Assembly: GCA_041497995.1 (NCBI GenBank)
Contig: JBGQHM010000111.1
Location: 1 to 17,016, forward strand
DNA: 17,016 bases
Source: Candidatus Binatia bacterium
Lineage (GTDB): Bacteria > Desulfobacterota > Binatia > HRBIN30
Reading direction: 5' to 3'
Shown here: piece after piece, positions 15,391-17,016 of the stretch
How the letters are laid out: every line of letters begins with the position of its first letter
How positions within the stretch are numbered: the first letter of the stretch is position 1
The notes under the pieces: generated by a model
What the model was told of the DNA's origin: nothing
Databases searched by the model: none
The model's input: only the letters and a program-made list of their open reading frames with translations
Made by a program: the position numbers and the translations under genes

Positions 15391-17016
15391 CGTCTCGTGG
15401 TTCGCGCGACCCTCTCGCCTAGTGGTGTCGCTGCTGTCGCTGTTGTTCCTTGTGCTGTCGGCACGGGGCACTGCCAACGCGATCGTCTGTACCGACACCG
15501 CTGCAGTAGTGGCCGCCGTCTTCGGCGATCCGGCCGGCGCGTGCGATCTGAACGGTGACGGCATCGTCAGCGCCGCCGACGTCACAGCCGCGCTCCTCGG
15601 CGCTACGTCGGTGACAGCGACGCCAAGCGCGACTGTCACACCAACTCCCACTTCAAGTTCCGACGCGTCGCCAACCGCAACCAGTACCGCAACGCTCACA
15701 CCGACCGCGACCAGAACTCACACACCGGCCCTGTGTCCGACCAGCGGAGCGGATCTCCTCGTGGAGATCGACAACCAGACCGGCACCTCCCCGCTGTCCG
15801 CCGTGCTGAGCGGCCAGCGTATCGATGTGGGCTGCCGGACCACATCGCTCGCTACGTCGTACACCTTCAGCCTCGAGTGCAGCGGCAGTGGGCTCGTCAC
15901 GTGCGGCACAGCCGGCGGCTTGGCGCCCGGTGAATGGCGCCACTCGCTGCACGTGCTCACGCCGCACACCGGACAGTTGCAACATCAGACCTCGATGCTC
16001 GTCGCAGAAGACGTGCCGAACCCGGTGCGCTTCACCGCATTCACTAGCGTGCTCTCGGTGCAGACGACGGCCAACACGGGCAACGGCTCTCTACGCAATC
16101 TGCTGCAGAATGCCGAGAGCGACGCGAAACCCCTGCTCATCCAGTTCGACCCGTCGGTGTTTCCGGACGGCGTCGCAACGACGATTCAGCTGCAGTTCCA
16201 ACTCCCGACGCTTGCCGCGAGCGACGTGACGATCGACGGCACGGACGCCACGGGCACAGCCGGCAATCGCGTCATCGATGCCGGCGGTCTCGCGATCCCC
16301 GCGTTGGCCATTTCAGGCGCGCGCAACCATCTCGTCGGGCTGCGCTTGCAGAACGCCGGCGGCAGCAACCGCGACGTGCTGAACATTTCCGGTGGCACCG
16401 CCGATGCAAACGTGGTGGAGCACGTCATCGTCGAGGGTGCCGCCACCGGCGACGGTATCGGTGTGGACACCAATGCCGGCAAGGACTTCGACGGCAGCGA
16501 GAACATCATCCGCGATTGTGAGGTGTCGGGCGCCTCGGACAAGGGCATCAAAGTGACCACCGGCGCACACGTGCACGTGGAGCGCTGTTGGGTGCACGAC
16601 AACGTCAACGGCGGGATTCAGTCGACGCTCGGCGGCCACGTCCAGGCCTGGCACAACCTCGTCGAGCGCAACCGCGGCGGCACAGCACAGAATGGCCTCT
16701 CGGTGAATGCACAAGACGACAACACCTCGAACGGCGCGTATTCCGAGATGGGCTCGTGGGGGAACATCGCACGCAGCAACGGGGCCAACGGTTTTTCGGT
16801 GCGTGCCTTTGCGTTCGCACACTCTCGCGACGACTACCTCGCGACCAACGGCTCGTCAGGGATCCGTATCTTCAACGACATCGGCCCCGCCGCCACCGCG
16901 CTGGTGGAGGGCACGAGCGCCGTGTGCAACTCCGTCGACGGTGCCGTCGTCGCCAATACCTCGATGGCCGACTTCGGCGGCGGACCGTTCGCCAGCACCG
17001 GCAACAACGCCTTCAA
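15383..17016 (+). CDS. Secreted multi-domain protein: signal peptide, single dockerin/EF-hand-like Ca-binding motif, Thr/Pro-rich linker and right-handed parallel beta-helix (PbH1/pectin-lyase fold) repeats; 3'-truncated by the window end
   Basis: It is absent from the ORF track because it has no in-window stop. My own translation of this frame from ATG 15383 is open to nt 17016. That ATG overlaps the fdx2 stop by 8 nt (AATGAGTGA). The signal peptide is 'MSDVSWFARPSRLVVSLLSLLFLVLSARGTANA'. 'CDLNGDGIVSAADVTAAL' is a DxNxDGxxxxxD loop. Next comes 'TATPSATVTPTPTSSSDASPTATSTATLTPTATRT'. The beta-helix rungs follow, for example 'NISGGTADANVVEHVIVEG', 'SENIIRDCEVSG' and 'AHVHVERCWVHDN'. Confidence 0.6.
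   Translation, partial: MSDVSWFARPSRLVVSLLSLLFLVLSARGTANAIVCTDTAAVVAAVFGDPAGACDLNGDGIVSAADVTAALLGATSVTATPSATVTPTPTSSSDASPTATSTATLTPTATRTHTPALCPTSGADLLVEIDNQTGTSPLSAVLSGQRIDVGCRTTSLATSYTFSLECSGSGLVTCGTAGGLAPGEWRHSLHVLTPHTGQLQHQTSMLVAEDVPNPVRFTAFTSVLSVQTTANTGNGSLRNLLQNAESDAKPLLIQFDPSVFPDGVATTIQLQFQLPTLAASDVTIDGTDATGTAGNRVIDAGGLAIPALAISGARNHLVGLRLQNAGGSNRDVLNISGGTADANVVEHVIVEGAATGDGIGVDTNAGKDFDGSENIIRDCEVSGASDKGIKVTTGAHVHVERCWVHDNVNGGIQSTLGGHVQAWHNLVERNRGGTAQNGLSVNAQDDNTSNGAYSEMGSWGNIARSNGANGFSVRAFAFAHSRDDYLATNGSSGIRIFNDIGPAATALVEGTSAVCNSVDGAVVANTSMADFGGGPFASTGNNAF

Noticed and set aside
13932-15464. 510-aa minus-strand ORF spanning the encapsulin operon
   Set aside because: Antisense to EncFtn, encapsulin and fdx2, all of which have strong family signatures and RBS-start geometry.

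Overview
High-GC bacterial window with strong GGAGG-type ribosome-binding sites and frequent GTG starts. Many antisense pseudo-ORFs in the track are GC-content artefacts. Real gene content, left to right: (1) 3' part of a GH78 alpha-L-rhamnosidase-like glycosidase. (2) A secreted or lipoprotein-like Cys-rich tandem-repeat protein, followed by a strong bidirectional terminator. (3) An amidohydrolase-2 family enzyme on the minus strand. (4) Bifunctional aldehyde/alcohol dehydrogenase AdhE with a small STAS-like ORF coupled to its 3' end. (5) A crotonase-family enoyl-CoA hydratase. (6) A ~440-bp hairpin-bounded unit carrying a DUF559 (Vsr-like endonuclease fold) ORF, wedged against the 3' end of the crotonase gene. 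(7) A secreted hypothetical protein divergent from a TetR regulator, with a palindromic operator in the shared promoter. (8) An operon of TetR, a double-hotdog MaoC hydratase, two tandem CYP125/CYP142-like P450 paralogs and a 3Fe-4S-type ferredoxin. (9) Immediately downstream, with its own promoter, a family-1 encapsulin system: an EncFtn ferritin-like cargo ending in a canonical C-terminal targeting peptide, then the HK97-fold shell protein. This is followed by a second paralogous ferredoxin and a translationally coupled secreted beta-helix protein that runs off the window end. The ferredoxin-bracketed iron-storage nanocompartment nested in a P450 redox cluster and the hairpin-bounded DUF559 unit are the most notable items.
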